Assembly: GCA_035526015.1 (NCBI GenBank)
Contig: DATLDH010000108.1
Location: 1 to 52,714 of the forward strand
Direction: 5' to 3'
DNA length: 52,714 bases
Source of the DNA: Acidimicrobiales bacterium
GTDB lineage: Bacteria > Actinomycetota > Acidimicrobiia > Acidimicrobiales > DATLDH01
Positions within the stretch are counted from its first letter, which is position 1; each line of letters begins with the position of its first letter. Below, piece after piece: positions 34,416 to 43,256 of the stretch. The notes below the pieces were generated by a model that saw nothing but the letters and a program-made list of their open reading frames with translations, searched no databases and was not told the origin of the DNA. The position numbers were made by a program, and so were the translations under genes.

Positions 34416-36085
34416 ACTACCAGGAGGTGTGCGCCGCGCTCACGGCGCCGGGCGAGCGGTTCGAGACCGTCGAGACCGAGACTCGTCACGGCACCAGGGT
34501 CACGGTCCACAAGAACGCGCCCAACAGCCTGCGGGAGATCTTCGCCACGGCCTACGAACGCGGCGACGACATCTTCCTGGTCTACGAGGACGAGCGGTGG
34601 TCGTTCGCCGAGGTCATGCGTCATGTCGACGCGCTGGCCGCGCTCCTCGTCGACCACTACGGCGTGAAGAAGGGTGACCGGATCGCCATCGGCATGCGCA
34701 ACTACCCCGAGTGGGTCCTGTCGTTCGCCGCCATCACCTCCGTCGGCGGCATCTCGGTCTCGCTGAACGCGTGGTGGACCGAGGACGAGCTCGACTTCGC
34801 CATGGAGGACAGCGGCGCCACCGTGCTCATCGCCGATGCCGAACGGGTGGAGCGCTCGCGCGCCGCCGCCGACAGGCTCGGCTTCCGTACCCTCGCCGTG
34901 CGCACGCCAGATGGCGGCGGGACGAGAGACGGTGTCGACCGGTGGGAGGACGTGCTCCCCATCGGTGCGCCGATGCCCGACGTGGTCATCGACCCTGACG
35001 ACGACGCCACCATCCTCTACACGTCGGGCACGACGGGCCGCCCCAAGGGAGCGGTCTCGACCCACCGCGCCATCGTCCAGGCGCTCATGGGGTTCGGCTG
35101 CAAGACGGCGGTCGAGCGCGTCCGCCGACCTGAGGCCGCTCCGCCCACCGACAAGCCGGCGTTCATCCTCATCGTGCCGCTGTTCCACGTCACCGGCTGC
35201 GTGCCCGTGATGCTCTCGTGCTTCTCCAGCGGCCTGAAGCTGGTGATCATGTACAAGTGGGACGCCGACCGCGCCCTGCAGCTCATCGAGCGCGAGCGGG
35301 TCACCAACTTCGTCGGCGTGCCGACCCAGAGCTGGGACCTGCTCGAGTCGCCCAAGTTCGCCGAGTACGACACCTCCAGCCTGGTGAGCGTGGGCGGCGG
35401 GGGGGCACCGGCGCCGCCCGAGCTCGTGCGGCGCGTGTCCACCAGCTTCGCCAAGGCCGCGCCCGGTATCGGCTACGGCATGACCGAGACGAACGCCTAC
35501 GGCCCACAGAACAGCGGCCCCGACTACATCGCCCACCCGACCAGCACGGGACGGGCCACGCCCATCCTCCGGATCGAGGTGCGCGACGAGGCCGGCAACG
35601 CGGTGGCGACGGGGGAGCGGGGCGAGATCTGGTTCAAGGGGCCCAACCTCATCCGCGGCTACTGGAACCGGCCCGAGGCCACCGCCGAGACCATCGTCGA
35701 CGGCTGGCTACGGTCGGGTGACATCGGGCGGCTGGACGAGGAGGGCTTCGTCTACGTCGAGGACCGGGCCAAGGACATGGTGCTGCGCGCAGGGGAGAAC
35801 ATCTACTGCGCCGAGGTCGAGGCTGCCCTCTACGAGCACCCCGGTGTCTACGAGGCCGCCGTCTTCGGGGTGCCGCACGAGCGGCTCGGCGAGGAGGTCG
35901 CCGCCGTGGTGTACCCGCGGCCGGGCCACGACGTGACTGCCGTGGCCCTCCAGGCCCACGTGGCCGAGCGCCTCGCCGCCTTCAAGGTCCCCAGCATCGT
36001 CACGCTCTACGACACCCAGCTGCCGCGCAACCCCGCCGGCAAGATCCTCAAGCGCGAGCTGCGCGAGGAGCTCCTCAGCTCCTGA
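34412..36085 (+). CDS. AMP-binding (class I adenylate-forming) acyl-CoA ligase
   Basis: GTGA overlap with the upstream stop. Contains LYTSGTTGRPKGAV, GYGMTET, SGDIGRLDEEGFVYVEDRAKD and PRNPAGKILK. Confidence 0.92.
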   Translation: MNYQEVCAALTAPGERFETVETETRHGTRVTVHKNAPNSLREIFATAYERGDDIFLVYEDERWSFAEVMRHVDALAALLVDHYGVKKGDRIAIGMRNYPEWVLSFAAITSVGGISVSLNAWWTEDELDFAMEDSGATVLIADAERVERSRAAADRLGFRTLAVRTPDGGGTRDGVDRWEDVLPIGAPMPDVVIDPDDDATILYTSGTTGRPKGAVSTHRAIVQALMGFGCKTAVERVRRPEAAPPTDKPAFILIVPLFHVTGCVPVMLSCFSSGLKLVIMYKWDADRALQLIERERVTNFVGVPTQSWDLLESPKFAEYDTSSLVSVGGGGAPAPPELVRRVSTSFAKAAPGIGYGMTETNAYGPQNSGPDYIAHPTSTGRATPILRIEVRDEAGNAVATGERGEIWFKGPNLIRGYWNRPEATAETIVDGWLRSGDIGRLDEEGFVYVEDRAKDMVLRAGENIYCAEVEAALYEHPGVYEAAVFGVPHERLGEEVAAVVYPRPGHDVTAVALQAHVAERLAAFKVPSIVTLYDTQLPRNPAGKILKRELREELLSS

Positions 36086-36776
36086 GCCGGGCCTCGGCCT
36101 CGGTGAGAGCGGCGCGGGCGGCGTCGACCTTGCGGCGGGCGGCCTGGAGGCGGCCCTCGAGCCGGCCGGCTTCCTCCTGGGCCGCCTCGAGGGCGTAGGT
36201 CGCCTCCCGCACTTCGCGCTCGGCCGCCTCGCGGGCCTCGCGCTCGTCGCGGTCGGCGCGTCGCTTCCGGAACGCGTCGTCGTGGCCGCCCGGTGCGTCG
36301 CTGCCGTCGGGCACCAGCGTGAGTTCGCCGAGGTCACCGAAGCCGGTCTCGGTGATCGGCGCCGTGAGCCTGCCCTCCTGCACCTGGGCGGCCGCCTCGG
36401 CGCTGGTGACGGCAGCATCGAGGGTGGTGGCCACCTCCTCGCGTTGCGCCGACGGCGCATGGGAGGCGAGGGCCCGCACCATCTCCGTGCGTTGCCGACC
36501 GAGCGAGCGCAGCTCCTCCACGTCGTCGCCCCGCAGCGCCCGTTGCTGCGCGGCGCGCAGGCTGTTACCGAGCGACACGAGCTGCTCGACCTCCGCCGCG
36601 TGCTCCCGCACCAACCGGTTGACCACCGCGGCCGCCGCCGTCGGCCGGCGCAGCGCCTTCACCTCGGCCGTGCCCTCCTTGTCGCCGGCCGCTCGCATCT
36701 CCTTCACGAGTGCGTCCCGCGCCGCGATGAACTCGCCGATGGGCAGGGCGTACAGGGCGTCCACGCGGTCATCCAC
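36075..36776 (-). CDS. Hypothetical protein with a C-terminal coiled-coil
   Basis: 233 aa. Starts MDDRVDALYALPIGEFIAARDALVKEMRAAGDKE and ends in a charged helical tail. I recognise no domain. Confidence 0.65.
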   Translation of the reverse strand: MDDRVDALYALPIGEFIAARDALVKEMRAAGDKEGTAEVKALRRPTAAAAVVNRLVREHAAEVEQLVSLGNSLRAAQQRALRGDDVEELRSLGRQRTEMVRALASHAPSAQREEVATTLDAAVTSAEAAAQVQEGRLTAPITETGFGDLGELTLVPDGSDAPGGHDDAFRKRRADRDEREAREAAEREVREATYALEAAQEEAGRLEGRLQAARRKVDAARAALTEAEARLRS

Positions 36777-36830
36777 TCCCCTGGTCTACCCGGAACGGCG
36801 CTCTGCGTCGGGCCGTAGTTGACTGAGGCC

Positions 36831-38093
36831 ATGAGCTGGTTCGATGGTGCGGGCCTCGGCATGTTCGTGCACTGGGACCACGCCAGCCAGCAGGGCCTGG
36901 AGATCTCGTGGCCGCTGGTGGGCGGCGTGTTCGCCATCCCCGCGGCCCAGAAAGACGTGACGGTCGAGCAGTACCAGTCGTCGGCGCGGACGTTCGACCC
37001 CCGCGAATGGGATGCCGCCGAGCTGGCTCGCCGGGCGAGAGCGGCGGGCATGACCTATGCGGTGTTCACGGCCAAGCACCACGCCGGCCACGCCATGTTC
37101 CATACGGAGCTTTCGGACTTTTCCATCGAGCACACGCCCTTCGGCCGCGACATCGTCGCCGAGTTCACCGACGCCATGCGGGAGGAGGGCCTGCGTGTCG
37201 GCATCTACTTCTCGCTGTCGGACTGGCACCACGCGGACTACCCACCGTTCACCGAGGCCGACAAGCCCTACACGCTCGGCTTCTCTCCGCCGCTCGGCAC
37301 AGACCAGCAGCACGCGGCGTATCTCGCGTTCCTGAAGGGACAGCTGACCGAGCTGCTCACGAAGTACGGCCGCATCGACCTGCTCTGGTTCGACGGTGGA
37401 TGGGAGCGACGCCGCGAGTGGTGGCGGCCGGATGAGCTCGAGCGCCTGATCCGCGGCCTGCAGCCCGACATCCTCATCAACGACCGCCTCGCCGGAGTGG
37501 GCGACTTCACGACCCCCGAGCAGTTCATACCGCCCTCACCGCCGGACGGCCGGTGGGAGACGTGCATGACGATGAACGAGAGCTGGGGGCACAACCCGTC
37601 CGATACCCGTTGGAAGTCGGCCCGCCACCTCGTGCACTCGCTGTGCGAGGTCACCGCCAAGGGCGGCAACCTCCTGCTCAACGTGAGTCCGACCGGCACG
37701 GGCGCGTTGCCCGGGGCCCAGGTCGAGCGCCTCGGGGAGATGGCGCGGTGGATGGAGCTCCACGGCGAGAGTGTCCGCGGCGTGCGCCCCGGCCTCGCGC
37801 CGTGGCAGTTCTACGGGCCGTCGACCCGCACCGCCGACGGCAGCCGTGTCTACCTGCACGTGCTGGCCCGCCCGTACGAGGCCGTGACGGTGCGGGGTGT
37901 CCCCGTCAAGCGGATCACCGCGGCCCGAGCCATCGGATCGGGCATCGACCTGACGTGGCAGACGCGCACGTCGGTGATCGACATGCTGAACGCCGATCCT
38001 TCGGGCGAGGTGATGATCGAGGTGCCGGAGCACGCGCTCGACCCCACCGCCACCGTGATCGCCCTCGACTTCGAAGGCGGCGTGACGCTCTAA
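36831..38093 (+). CDS. GH29 alpha-L-fucosidase
   Basis: Contains WFDGAGLGMFVHWD, YAVFTAKHHAGHAMF, GIYFSLSDWHH, LLWFDGGW and GGNLLLNVSP. The ATG at 36831 is preferred; the TTG at 36819 is possible. Confidence 0.9.
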   Translation: MSWFDGAGLGMFVHWDHASQQGLEISWPLVGGVFAIPAAQKDVTVEQYQSSARTFDPREWDAAELARRARAAGMTYAVFTAKHHAGHAMFHTELSDFSIEHTPFGRDIVAEFTDAMREEGLRVGIYFSLSDWHHADYPPFTEADKPYTLGFSPPLGTDQQHAAYLAFLKGQLTELLTKYGRIDLLWFDGGWERRREWWRPDELERLIRGLQPDILINDRLAGVGDFTTPEQFIPPSPPDGRWETCMTMNESWGHNPSDTRWKSARHLVHSLCEVTAKGGNLLLNVSPTGTGALPGAQVERLGEMARWMELHGESVRGVRPGLAPWQFYGPSTRTADGSRVYLHVLARPYEAVTVRGVPVKRITAARAIGSGIDLTWQTRTSVIDMLNADPSGEVMIEVPEHALDPTATVIALDFEGGVTL

Positions 38094-39208
38094 GGGCTCG
38101 GTAGCTCCAGCGGTAGGTCGTCGAAGCCGGCGGCGGCGCCCAGGAACGTCGAGTTGGCGATGTTCCAGTGCGTGCTGAGGTAGCTGCCGTTCACCGGGTT
38201 GGCGTGGAAGTAGTCGTCGGACCCGCAGTCGAGCAGCTCGACCCGGCCGCCGCAGCGCCTGAACGTCTTCACCCCACCCTCGCGGTAACACATGATGTCG
38301 GGCTCGTCCCTGCAGTGGGCCAGGCCGTTGGAGTTCGGAGACGAGAGCTGCACGGCCCCCATGGTGTGGAGCAGCTCGTGCGTCTCGGTGTGGGCCGAGT
38401 CGTGCCCCCAGCACGCGACCACGCTGTCGGGCAGCGTCGGGTGCGGCGACTTGAAGGCGATGGCGACCGACCCGCCGAGGCCCCAGACGGCGACCAACCC
38501 CGGTATCTGGCCCAAATTGTTGCTGTTGGCCGGAGTCGGGTTGTCGTCGGCGACCGGTATTGCGCGCGTCGTGCCGACACCGCACGGGTGGGGGGCCAGA
38601 GCCTGGCCGTCGTACCAGACGAGGTACTTGCGGTTGGCCTTGGTCATGCCCGCCGCCGCCAAGGAGTTGTAGATGCCGTTGATCTGGCCACCCATGTCCT
38701 TGCTCTTCTGGGCCGCGGCCGACTGGGAGAGGACCGTGACCGACAGCTTGCAGCCGGGCGCGTGGAAGCGCAGACCGAGCTCACGACCCTGCTGGCGTGA
38801 GGTCAGCCGGAACGTCGCCTCCATCTCGGGTGCCCACTCGTTGACGATCTTGGGGACCCATACGGCCCGATCGTCGTGGCGCCCGTCGACGTACATGTAG
38901 ACGAGCTGGATGCGGTTGCCGTTGACGCCGTTGCCGTAGCACTTCGGTGCGACCCGCTCGTCGTCGACGGCACGGAGCGACGGCGCCGGGTCGGCGCTGG
39001 TGTGGAAGCACGCCACACCGCCGATGTCGAGTCGTCGCCCGCTGTAGCCGGGCCCGCACCCTTCAACGGTGCCGACGGGCCCGACCTCGTTGTCGTGGCC
39101 GACGTGGAGTGTCGCGGGGGCGGTGGCCCGGGCATCGGCCTGGGGCGCCAGCACCAACGACGCCAGCGCCAGCGCGGCCAGCACCGGGGCGAGGCGGCGG
39201 AACCTCAC
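38090..39208 (-). CDS. Secreted HExxH zinc-metalloprotease-like protein (metzincin-like, family not recognised)
   Basis: The signal peptide is MRFRRLAPVLAALALASLVLAPQADA. Contains HTETHELLHTMGAVQLSSPNSNGLAHCRDEPDIMCY. It is a paralogue of the next gene, and its GTG start overlaps the upstream stop. Confidence 0.8.
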   Translation of the reverse strand: MRFRRLAPVLAALALASLVLAPQADARATAPATLHVGHDNEVGPVGTVEGCGPGYSGRRLDIGGVACFHTSADPAPSLRAVDDERVAPKCYGNGVNGNRIQLVYMYVDGRHDDRAVWVPKIVNEWAPEMEATFRLTSRQQGRELGLRFHAPGCKLSVTVLSQSAAAQKSKDMGGQINGIYNSLAAAGMTKANRKYLVWYDGQALAPHPCGVGTTRAIPVADDNPTPANSNNLGQIPGLVAVWGLGGSVAIAFKSPHPTLPDSVVACWGHDSAHTETHELLHTMGAVQLSSPNSNGLAHCRDEPDIMCYREGGVKTFRRCGGRVELLDCGSDDYFHANPVNGSYLSTHWNIANSTFLGAAAGFDDLPLELPSP

Positions 39209-40464
39209 GCGCGGGGTAGCTCGAGCGGCACGGCGTCGAGGCCGAGGGCGTCACCGAGGAAGCTGGACCTGGCGATGTTCCAGTGGGTGGCGAGGTAGCT
39301 GCCCGTGCCGGGGTTGGCGTGGAAGTAGTCGTCGGCCCCGCAGTCGAGCATCGGGATCTTGGTCAGGCACTTGGTATAGACCTTCTTGCCACCCTCGGGG
39401 TAGCACATGATGTCGGTGCCGTCGCTGCAGTGGCCGAGGCCGTTGGAGTTCGGCGCCGAGATCTGGACGCCGCCGAGCGCGTGCACCAGCTCGTGCACCT
39501 CGACGAACGCACCCATGGCCGACTGGCCCCAACCGCCGTTGGCCCGGTCGGGCGCGGGTGCCGCAGTGCGGAAGGCGACGGCGATCGAGCCGCCGTACAT
39601 CACCGGGAGGTACCCGACATTGTTCGGGTTGGCCGGTGTCCCGTTGTCGTGAAGGCTCGCGGGCTGAGGCTCGTCGTAGTCGCGGCGGACGGAGCCGGCA
39701 CCCTGCGGCCCGAAGGAGGGCCCGTCGTACCAGATCATGTACTTGCGACTGGTCTCGTTGAAGCCGGCGTTGGTGAGCGTGTTGTGGATGGCCACCCACA
39801 CCTTCTCGAAGTTGGCCGAGTCGGCGTCTTCGGCCCCTATCTCGAGGGTGTCGACGGTGATCTTGCAGCCAGGGGCATGGAAGCGGAGGCCGACCTCGCG
39901 ACCCTGCGCCGCCGATGCCCGGCGGAACGCCGACTCCATGTACGGCATCCACTCTCCGAGAATGCGGGGGACGATCTCGGCGCGGCGGTCGGCGTGGCCC
40001 TCGCGGAACATGTAGAGGAGCTGGATGCGGTTGCCGTTGACGCCGTTGCCGTAGCACTTGGGCTGCATCTTGTTCACGCTGGGCGAGACGGCAGCCCTGG
40101 AGATCACGTCGTAGTTCTTGTGGATGCAGTCGACGCCGCCGATGACGCGGAGCGCGGTGTGGCCCGGCCCGCAGACGGCTGACGACGTCGGGTCGGCGGC
40201 CAGGTCGGCCGGGCCCGATGCCGCCGCGGTGGGATGGGGCCGGGTGGCGTGGTCGTGGTCTCCGGCATCGACCGTGACCGCGTCGCGCGTGACGGCCGGG
40301 GCGGCGGCCGGCTGGCCGGGCGCGGATCGGGCCGGGGTGCTCGTGAGTGCGGCGACGTCATCGGTGACGGGCGCGATCTCGGAGTGGGGCGCGAGGAGCA
40401 GCCCGGACAGCGCGAGGCCGGCCATCACCAGAGCTGCCCGCGTGCCTGTGCTTCCCATCTCCAC
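39205..40464 (-). CDS. Secreted HExxH zinc-metalloprotease-like protein, paralogue of 38090..39208
   Basis: Has a signal/TM segment ALVMAGLALSGLLLAP. Contains FVEVHELVHALGGVQISAPNSNGLGHCSDGTDIMCY. Shared blocks are KCYGNGVNGNRIQL, GLRFHAPGCK, DCG.DDYFHANP and THWNIA.S.FLG. Confidence 0.8.
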   Translation of the reverse strand: MEMGSTGTRAALVMAGLALSGLLLAPHSEIAPVTDDVAALTSTPARSAPGQPAAAPAVTRDAVTVDAGDHDHATRPHPTAAASGPADLAADPTSSAVCGPGHTALRVIGGVDCIHKNYDVISRAAVSPSVNKMQPKCYGNGVNGNRIQLLYMFREGHADRRAEIVPRILGEWMPYMESAFRRASAAQGREVGLRFHAPGCKITVDTLEIGAEDADSANFEKVWVAIHNTLTNAGFNETSRKYMIWYDGPSFGPQGAGSVRRDYDEPQPASLHDNGTPANPNNVGYLPVMYGGSIAVAFRTAAPAPDRANGGWGQSAMGAFVEVHELVHALGGVQISAPNSNGLGHCSDGTDIMCYPEGGKKVYTKCLTKIPMLDCGADDYFHANPGTGSYLATHWNIARSSFLGDALGLDAVPLELPRA

Positions 40465-40566
40465 CTCTGACTCGACGCCGCCGTACTGCGGTTCTGGCTA
40501 TCCAAGGGTACCGGGGTGGGACCGGCCTCCCTACGCGCGGGCCAAAGCGGACATAGCGTCGGCCGG

Positions 40567-41730
40567 ATGCGCCGGGTCCTCACCCTCATCCTCGCCGTCG
40601 TGCTCCTCGTCGGTGCCGGCTTCGCCGCCGCCACCGTGCTCCCGATCGGCTCCGACGACGACTCGGTGACGGTGCCCCAGACGCCCGGCCCCACCACGTC
40701 CCAGCCCGCAGAGCGGCCGGCCGCGCCCGTGAAGGGTGTCGAGGGCGACCTCAGCGTCACCGACGCCGACGGCGTCGTCCACGCCTGGAAGTTCCTGTTC
40801 GCCGACGACGGCAGCTACCGCCTGGACGGCCCGCCCGAGCTGGGGGGTTTCGCCTACGACGCCAGGACGGGCACGGCCACGGCCGACGGCGACGGCTTCT
40901 CGTCGCGCCAGCGCGACCTGGCCCCCGGGCCCCCCGACCCCGATCCCGAGAACCCGGCCTTCTTCGTGGACCGGCCGCTCGGCTGGCTCGTCCGGGGGCT
41001 GGCCGGCGCCGGTGACGCGTCGATCACCCGGGACACGTTCCTCGGGCGGCCGGCCTGGCGGTACCAGGCCACGTTCCCGCCCAACAAGCTGGCCGGCCCT
41101 GGCGCGCCCGACGAGGTGCGGGCAGTGGTCGACCAGCAGACCGCCTTCCCGGTGTCGATCACCCGCCTGGCGGGCGGCAACGTGGTGGAGGCGCTCACCG
41201 TCGAGCGGCTCGTCGTCGACCCGCCGCCACACCCAGAGCGGTTCGTCCTCGGCAACGAGACCGTGGCCGCCACCGACGAGGGATGGGAGCGCGTCCAGCA
41301 GCCCGAGGTCGCCGGCCGCGCCGGCTTCCGCCCGTTGGTGCCCGACCTCGGCGACGGGTTCGTCTTCGACGAGGTGGCGGTGGCGTCGAAGCCCGGCCAG
41401 ACCGGCCCCGAGGGGTCGAACCCGAACCCGGGACCGGCGGTGTCGTTCTCCTACCGGCGCGGCCTCGACCAGGTCACGGTCACGACCCGGCAGACCGGAC
41501 CCGATCCTCAGGCCTGGGCCGACCCGTTCGGCGGCGAGGGCATGAGCCTGCGCTCCGAGGACGTGGCCGTGACCAAAGGCGCCCTGGCCGGCAGCACGGC
41601 CCGCATCGTGCTCGACGCCCAGTCGGTGCCGCACGCGTTCATCGTCTCGAACCGCCTGGTCGTCACCGTCGGCGGCGCCCTCGACCGGGCCGGCCTCGTC
41701 GCCGCCCTGGAGTCACTGCACGAGGCCTAA
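40567..41730 (+). CDS. Membrane-anchored or secreted hypothetical protein
   Basis: The ATG at 40567 (MRRVLTLILAVVLLVGAGFAAATVL) is preferred over 40516. The composition is coding-like, and I recognise no family with confidence. Confidence 0.7.
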   Translation: MRRVLTLILAVVLLVGAGFAAATVLPIGSDDDSVTVPQTPGPTTSQPAERPAAPVKGVEGDLSVTDADGVVHAWKFLFADDGSYRLDGPPELGGFAYDARTGTATADGDGFSSRQRDLAPGPPDPDPENPAFFVDRPLGWLVRGLAGAGDASITRDTFLGRPAWRYQATFPPNKLAGPGAPDEVRAVVDQQTAFPVSITRLAGGNVVEALTVERLVVDPPPHPERFVLGNETVAATDEGWERVQQPEVAGRAGFRPLVPDLGDGFVFDEVAVASKPGQTGPEGSNPNPGPAVSFSYRRGLDQVTVTTRQTGPDPQAWADPFGGEGMSLRSEDVAVTKGALAGSTARIVLDAQSVPHAFIVSNRLVVTVGGALDRAGLVAALESLHEA

Positions 41731-43256
41731 CCGTCCACGGTGAACCACGCCGCCTTGAGGTAGGGCGGGTCCCCGGGCCCCGTCCGGTGGTCGAGCGGCA
41801 CCGTCGCCGTCTCGAGCTCACCCTGGTCGCGGGCGCCGAGGTGGGCCAGGAACTTGGCCCAGCCCATGCGGGCCAGGTTGGTGGAGACGAACACGGTGCC
41901 ACCCGGCGCGCACAGGCGGACGGCGCGGCCGACCAGGGCTCCGAGGTCGCGGTCCACGGTGAAGCGCTTGGAGCCCCGCGTGCCGGTCGTGCTCGTGCTT
42001 GGCGGGTCGACCAGCACGAAGTCGAACGTGCGTCCCTTGCGCGCCAACCGGTCCATCCACTCGGCGGCGTCGCCGTGGACGAAGTCGTGGTCGGCGGGAT
42101 CGATGTCGTTGAGCCGCATGTTGTCGGCGGCCCAGTCGAGCCATCGCCGGCCGAGGTCGATGCTCAGCGTCTCGGCCCCGGCGGCGGCGGCCGCCACCGA
42201 CAGCGACCCGGTGTGGGCGAACACGTTCAGCACGGTGCGGCCGGCCAGGTCGGAGGCGAGCAGGCGGCGCCGGGTCTCGCGCTGGTCGAGGAACAGCCCG
42301 GTCGAGGTCGTGCTGGCGCCCAGGTCGAGCTGGTAGCGGAGCCCCAGCTCGGTGACGACGGGGCGGGGCGCCGCCGGGCCCGATCGGAGGGCGGCGGGCG
42401 GGCCGCCGCCCGGGACGCGCCGCTGCTCGTAGACGGAGGTGACCCCGCCCACCTCGCGCCATGCATCCACCCACGCGTCGGGCACAGGCTCCTCACCGGC
42501 GGTGACGGCGAGGGCGACATCGCCGAGGCGCTCGACCCGAACACCCGGGAAGCCGTCGTGGTGGCGGTCGATCCACAGCCACGCGTCGGTGTCGGCCGGA
42601 TCGAAGAGCAGCTCGCGTGCCTCCCGCGCCGTCAGCGCGCCGAGGGCTGGTGTCATCGCTCCGTCGATGGCGCGGTCGAAGCTCGCCGGCCGCTCGGCGG
42701 TGACGGACACAGCAGCCCCGCCGGGGTGGGCGAACCCGAGGTGGGCCGCGTGCAGGAACAGGCGCGGTCCGGCCGGTCCGCCGTGCTCGCCGTCGCCCAC
42801 CACCGGCATGCCGAGCGACGCGGCATGAACGCGCACCTGATGGGTGCGTCCGGTGCGGGGCACGGCCTCGTAGCGCTGGTTCACCCTCCCCCCGGCGACG
42901 CGGCTGAACGACGTCGACGCCGGCTTGCCGTCGATCGGTCGATCGCACTGCAGTGACGGGGCGCGCCGGCCGCCCCGGACGAGGAGCTCGTACCGCTTCT
43001 CCACCGAGCCGTTCTCGAACTGGACGGCGAGCGACCGGTTCGCCTCCGCCGTCTTGCCGAACAACAGGACACCCGACGTGGCCTTGTCGAGGCGGTGCAG
43101 GATCGACAGGGAGGTCCCGGGTCGCTGGCGTTGCACCCACTCGTACATGCCCTCCTGGGCGTGGGTGTCGGCCCGGTGGGTGTTGACACCGGCCGGCTTC
43201 TCGACGACGAGCACGTGGGAGTCCTCGAACCGCACCCAGCGCTCAGCCACGGGCAC
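41727..43256 (-). CDS. Apparent fusion protein: RluA-family pseudouridine synthase (N-terminal) + class I SAM-dependent (RlmI/YwbD-like) methyltransferase (C-terminal)
   Basis: There is one uninterrupted frame. The N part has HVLVVEKPAGVNTH, ILHRLDKATSGVLLF and RTGRTHQVRVHAA. The C part has VLNVFAHTGSLSVAAAAAGA and FVLVDPPS. The start could be the GTG at 43256, 43250 or 43235. Confidence 0.8.
   Translation of the reverse strand: MPVAERWVRFEDSHVLVVEKPAGVNTHRADTHAQEGMYEWVQRQRPGTSLSILHRLDKATSGVLLFGKTAEANRSLAVQFENGSVEKRYELLVRGGRRAPSLQCDRPIDGKPASTSFSRVAGGRVNQRYEAVPRTGRTHQVRVHAASLGMPVVGDGEHGGPAGPRLFLHAAHLGFAHPGGAAVSVTAERPASFDRAIDGAMTPALGALTAREARELLFDPADTDAWLWIDRHHDGFPGVRVERLGDVALAVTAGEEPVPDAWVDAWREVGGVTSVYEQRRVPGGGPPAALRSGPAAPRPVVTELGLRYQLDLGASTTSTGLFLDQRETRRRLLASDLAGRTVLNVFAHTGSLSVAAAAAGAETLSIDLGRRWLDWAADNMRLNDIDPADHDFVHGDAAEWMDRLARKGRTFDFVLVDPPSTSTTGTRGSKRFTVDRDLGALVGRAVRLCAPGGTVFVSTNLARMGWAKFLAHLGARDQGELETATVPLDHRTGPGDPPYLKAAWFTVDG

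Noticed and set aside
23130-36085. A possible secondary-metabolite cluster (two AMP-ligases, LLM oxidoreductases, DinB, and a P450 further on)
   Set aside because: There are no PKS, NRPS, terpene or RiPP core genes and no carrier proteins. The genes are interspersed with unrelated housekeeping-type functions on both strands.
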